Virus record (IMG/VR): IMGVR_UViG_3300028591_000077
Source of the DNA: a virus
Lineage: Duplodnaviria; Heunggongvirae; Uroviricota; Caudoviricetes
DNA: 64,000 nucleotides
Reading direction: 5' to 3' (one strand)
A program made the position numbers and the translations under genes. Below, one piece after another: positions 61,067-64,000 of the stretch. Position 1 is the first letter of the stretch, and each line of letters opens with the position of its first letter. The notes under the pieces are model-generated. The model saw nothing but the letters and a program-made list of their open reading frames with translations, made no database searches and had not been told where the DNA came from.

Positions 61067-63568
61067 ATGGACACAAATTTAGTTACTATTGAAAATAGCT
61101 ATTTACCAATAGCCACGACATTTATTAGAAGTAAAAATGTAAAAATTTTCCCATGTGCTTATAGAGGCTACTATAGCGCGGCAAACGGCTCTAAAGTATT
61201 TGACCCAGAAGCTAGAGGTTTTACTGAGTATAACTACAGTAATATCTATAGCAAACCAAGTATAAGTAAGGAAAGCTTTGTTATTTCTTGGGAAACATTT
61301 GGAAAACTTGATACTGATAATTATCATACTTTATTAAAGTGTGTTATTGGTGGTTACTATTTTGAAATTAAAGATTTATTTCCTGAAGATTTCTGGGATA
61401 GTGAAAGAAACAAAAGAAAAGTGCTAGCTCTTCGTGTTGAAGAAATTACACTTGCAACTTCTGACGAAACAGCTGATGGAACTAGAACATCCAAAGTTAT
61501 TGACTCTCTTTGTGGAACAGATTTTTATCTTGATGTTGAAAGAAATAATATTTATATTTTTGCTGGTTTAACTGTAATAGAAGAAGAAGCAGCTTCTACC
61601 AGCACATCATTCTCTTATTGGTTAGCTCCATTCAAAAATACCGCTTCTGCTGGAAAACCTGCTGTTATTGAATTTAACTGGGAAGCACAAAGAATCGGTG
61701 AAGTCTTAGATATTGGTCCAGGTAGATATTCTTTACAATCTTTTGGAGAAACAAATGCTGCTGGAACAGAATCAGACACAAGCCTTGCAAGTGGCGATTA
61801 CTCCTTAGCTCTTGGACGTGCTACTACAGCATCTGGTGATTCTGCTACTGCTTTAGGTCAAAATACTATTGCATCTGGCAAAAGATCTTTTGCACTAGGA
61901 GATAGAGCGGTTGCGGACGGTGAAAATTCCATTGCCGTTGGAGTTGGCACACTAACTAGATCTGCAAATCAAATAGCAATGGGTGCATGGAATAAACCGG
62001 GTACTAGTTACTTATTAATGCTTGGAAATGGTTCTTCATCTGCAAGACGTAATGTCTGGGCTGTATGCACTGATGGAACTATAGAATCCGAAGGTGGATT
62101 ATATATAGAAGGAGCTGCTACATTTAAGAATACCGTATCTATTGAAAAGAAGTTAAGCATTAATGATGGTATTGAAGCGAATGGATCACTTACTGCAAAA
62201 GGTAGCATTACTGTTAATAAAGCCAGTACCATAAATACACTTTATCTTGGTAATGAACTAAAAGGCTGCAGTGGTGCAATATATGTATACAGCAACAAAG
62301 CTAATGCCTATGTTTTTAAAGCTACAGAAAACGGCAGTTTCATTAAAGATGGCCTAGAAGTTTCTGGAGGCATCAAAGCAGCTAAAGTTGGAGAAAGCAA
62401 ACTTCAATTAGGTTCAAACGTAACAGGCTACTGCGGCAGTTTAGACATTTACGGCGAAAGCACAACAAAAGTATTCGAAGTCACAAAAGGTGGTGCTGTT
62501 TACGGCGCTGGAAGACTAAGAGCTGAATCATTATACGCAGATACTTGGGTTATTGCTTCATCAGGAATAAACTCTTATGGACAATTAACCGTTTATGATG
62601 GTGGTGCTTCTATTACAGGCTCAACAAGTATTAGTGGTAGATTAACAGTATCCACAGGCGGTGCAGCAATAACAGGTGATTCAACAATTACCGGCAAACT
62701 TAGAACAACTGATGAAATATCGATTGGAACGGCAAGTAATAAAGTAGCTATAATAACAAGCACTGGTAGTATTTCTGGCACTGGAAGTTTTACCTTAAAG
62801 AGTAGCGCCGGAACTAGTATATTTGACGTAGCCAGCTCCGGAGAGGTTAATACTATTGGCAAAGTTACTGCAACAGGATTTAAAATCGGCTCTAATGTAA
62901 CTATGAGTTATCTATCATCCGATAAATTATTAGATATTACAAAAGGCATTAGATTAGGCGGGGAATTATTATTAAGCGGAGCCATTAAGGTTTACGAACT
63001 AACAAGCGCTGGCAAACAGACAGATGATTGGTCTGTAGCATCAGTAGCAAAAACTGAGAAAGCATCTATTGATACCTCTGGAAATGTATCTGTTGCTGGA
63101 ACTGTGTCTGCAGGCGGCAAACTCACAATTAAAGCTGGTGGAGCAGATATAACCGGTGCAACGAAGATAAGCTCTACAGCAGAAATTGGCGGTAAGCTTA
63201 CTGTTAAGACTGGTGGAGCTGAAATTACTGGAGCAATGACTACTTCTTCTACAATTGCAGCCGGCGGAGAAGTTTCTGCGCCTTCCTTTGCAATTAGCTC
63301 TGATATTAGAAGAAAGACAAATATAAAATCTTATAAATGCGAAAAATCAATATTAGATTTAGATGTAAAAGAATTTGAATATATTAATGATGATACGCAT
63401 ACAAAACATATCGGATGTATCGCACAAGAATTACAACAAATTTGTCCAGAGCTTGTGCATATAGATCCAGAAGGATATCTTACTGTCGCTGAGACTAAAT
63501 TAGTTTATTTATTACTACAAGAAGTAAAAACACTAAAACAAGAAATTAAAGAACTCAAAGGAGAATAG
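61067..63568 (+). CDS. Tail fibre with YadA-like head repeats and a C-terminal S74 intramolecular chaperone
   Basis: ASGDYSLALG / ASGDSATALG / ASGKRSFALG repeats; SSDIRRKTNI...IGCIAQELQQICPELV. Confidence 0.85.
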   Translation: MDTNLVTIENSYLPIATTFIRSKNVKIFPCAYRGYYSAANGSKVFDPEARGFTEYNYSNIYSKPSISKESFVISWETFGKLDTDNYHTLLKCVIGGYYFEIKDLFPEDFWDSERNKRKVLALRVEEITLATSDETADGTRTSKVIDSLCGTDFYLDVERNNIYIFAGLTVIEEEAASTSTSFSYWLAPFKNTASAGKPAVIEFNWEAQRIGEVLDIGPGRYSLQSFGETNAAGTESDTSLASGDYSLALGRATTASGDSATALGQNTIASGKRSFALGDRAVADGENSIAVGVGTLTRSANQIAMGAWNKPGTSYLLMLGNGSSSARRNVWAVCTDGTIESEGGLYIEGAATFKNTVSIEKKLSINDGIEANGSLTAKGSITVNKASTINTLYLGNELKGCSGAIYVYSNKANAYVFKATENGSFIKDGLEVSGGIKAAKVGESKLQLGSNVTGYCGSLDIYGESTTKVFEVTKGGAVYGAGRLRAESLYADTWVIASSGINSYGQLTVYDGGASITGSTSISGRLTVSTGGAAITGDSTITGKLRTTDEISIGTASNKVAIITSTGSISGTGSFTLKSSAGTSIFDVASSGEVNTIGKVTATGFKIGSNVTMSYLSSDKLLDITKGIRLGGELLLSGAIKVYELTSAGKQTDDWSVASVAKTEKASIDTSGNVSVAGTVSAGGKLTIKAGGADITGATKISSTAEIGGKLTVKTGGAEITGAMTTSSTIAAGGEVSAPSFAISSDIRRKTNIKSYKCEKSILDLDVKEFEYINDDTHTKHIGCIAQELQQICPELVHIDPEGYLTVAETKLVYLLLQEVKTLKQEIKELKGE

Positions 63569-64000
63569 TGACTATGGGCGAAAGATATAAAAGCAGCAAC
63601 GGAAAGAATGCTTTTGCAGATTTTGAGCCATACCGCTGTGGCAATCCATGTCCTGATATAGACCATTTTAAGCCTTTAGGCACTGCTACTGAGCGCTATC
63701 AACACTCAGCTGCTAATGGATTTTCTCAAGATGCTACAGCTAATGGTTATAAGATAAATGGCTCTGTAGTTAAAGGTATGAAACAGGGAACAGCTCCTAA
63801 AAGCGGGAGTGCCCAAAAAATAAAGGATGGACAAGGTGATGTTACCATTTGGTATGACTCAAGCAAAAAAGAGCTTCATATCGGCGGAACAACCTATAAT
63901 GAACAGTGATTTAAAGCGAATCGTGGTTGCAAGACTGTGCCAACTAGATTTGGAATTCTTCTAGTTGGTGGCGGCGGTGGTGCGGGAGGACGCTCTTGGC
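63568..64000 (+). CDS. Glycine-rich-domain tail protein (3' partial; TGA 63907 = Trp)
   Basis: Frame continues past the TGA into ILLVGGGGGAGG. Confidence 0.6.

Larger units (their letters stand above)
1..64000 (+). mobile_element. Segment of a large T4-like myophage genome using genetic code 4 (TGA=Trp)
   Basis: Terminase, portal, gp21-like protease, gp23-like capsid, neck, sheath, tube, baseplate and fibre genes, all co-oriented; in-frame TGA inside conserved genes. Confidence 0.95.

Noticed and set aside
1725-63909. Many split genes that look like pseudogenes, introns or sequencing errors
   Set aside because: Every break is a single in-frame TGA with no frameshift or insertion; recoding explains all of them.
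1-64000. tRNA (including a UCA suppressor), release factor, integrase, reverse transcriptase/DGR
   Set aside because: None is recognisable in this window; the intergenic spaces are short and accounted for by terminators and promoters.

Overview
This window is 64 kb of a large, AT-rich, T4-like (contractile-tailed) phage genome with all genes on the + strand. The supplied ORF track is fragmented because the phage reads TGA as Trp (genetic code 4). I count 33 in-frame TGA codons inside 21 otherwise intact genes, including SbcD, topoisomerase I, terminase, portal, neck and baseplate, and no gene I could delimit ends in TGA. Gene order: (1) an early/middle region with bS21, a catalytically dead HD protein, SbcCD/gp46-47, a candidate late sigma factor, Mor- and HU-like proteins, a catalytically dead peptide deformylase and topA; (2) a late MoxR-AAA / HExxH-peptidase / VWA operon plus a nucleotidyltransferase, most carrying L-x-E prohead-protease-type sites; (3) terminase, portal, protease-scaffold and major capsid; (4) a polyol-phosphate/glycosylation cassette; (5) neck, tail, tape measure, baseplate and fibre. 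Late transcription units typically begin with a YGCTAAATTA promoter, usually just after an intrinsic terminator. The most striking observation is visible only under code 4. Three consecutive, unrelated enzymes of the cassette next to the capsid gene (TagF-like, DUF1796-like, GT-A) all end in the same C-terminal peptide YLYF-stop, encoded by different synonymous codons, while the two donor-synthesis enzymes lack it. This suggests an undescribed docking-tag system that targets a teichoic-acid-like modification to the virion or to phage DNA. All family assignments come from motif recognition by eye, not from database searches.
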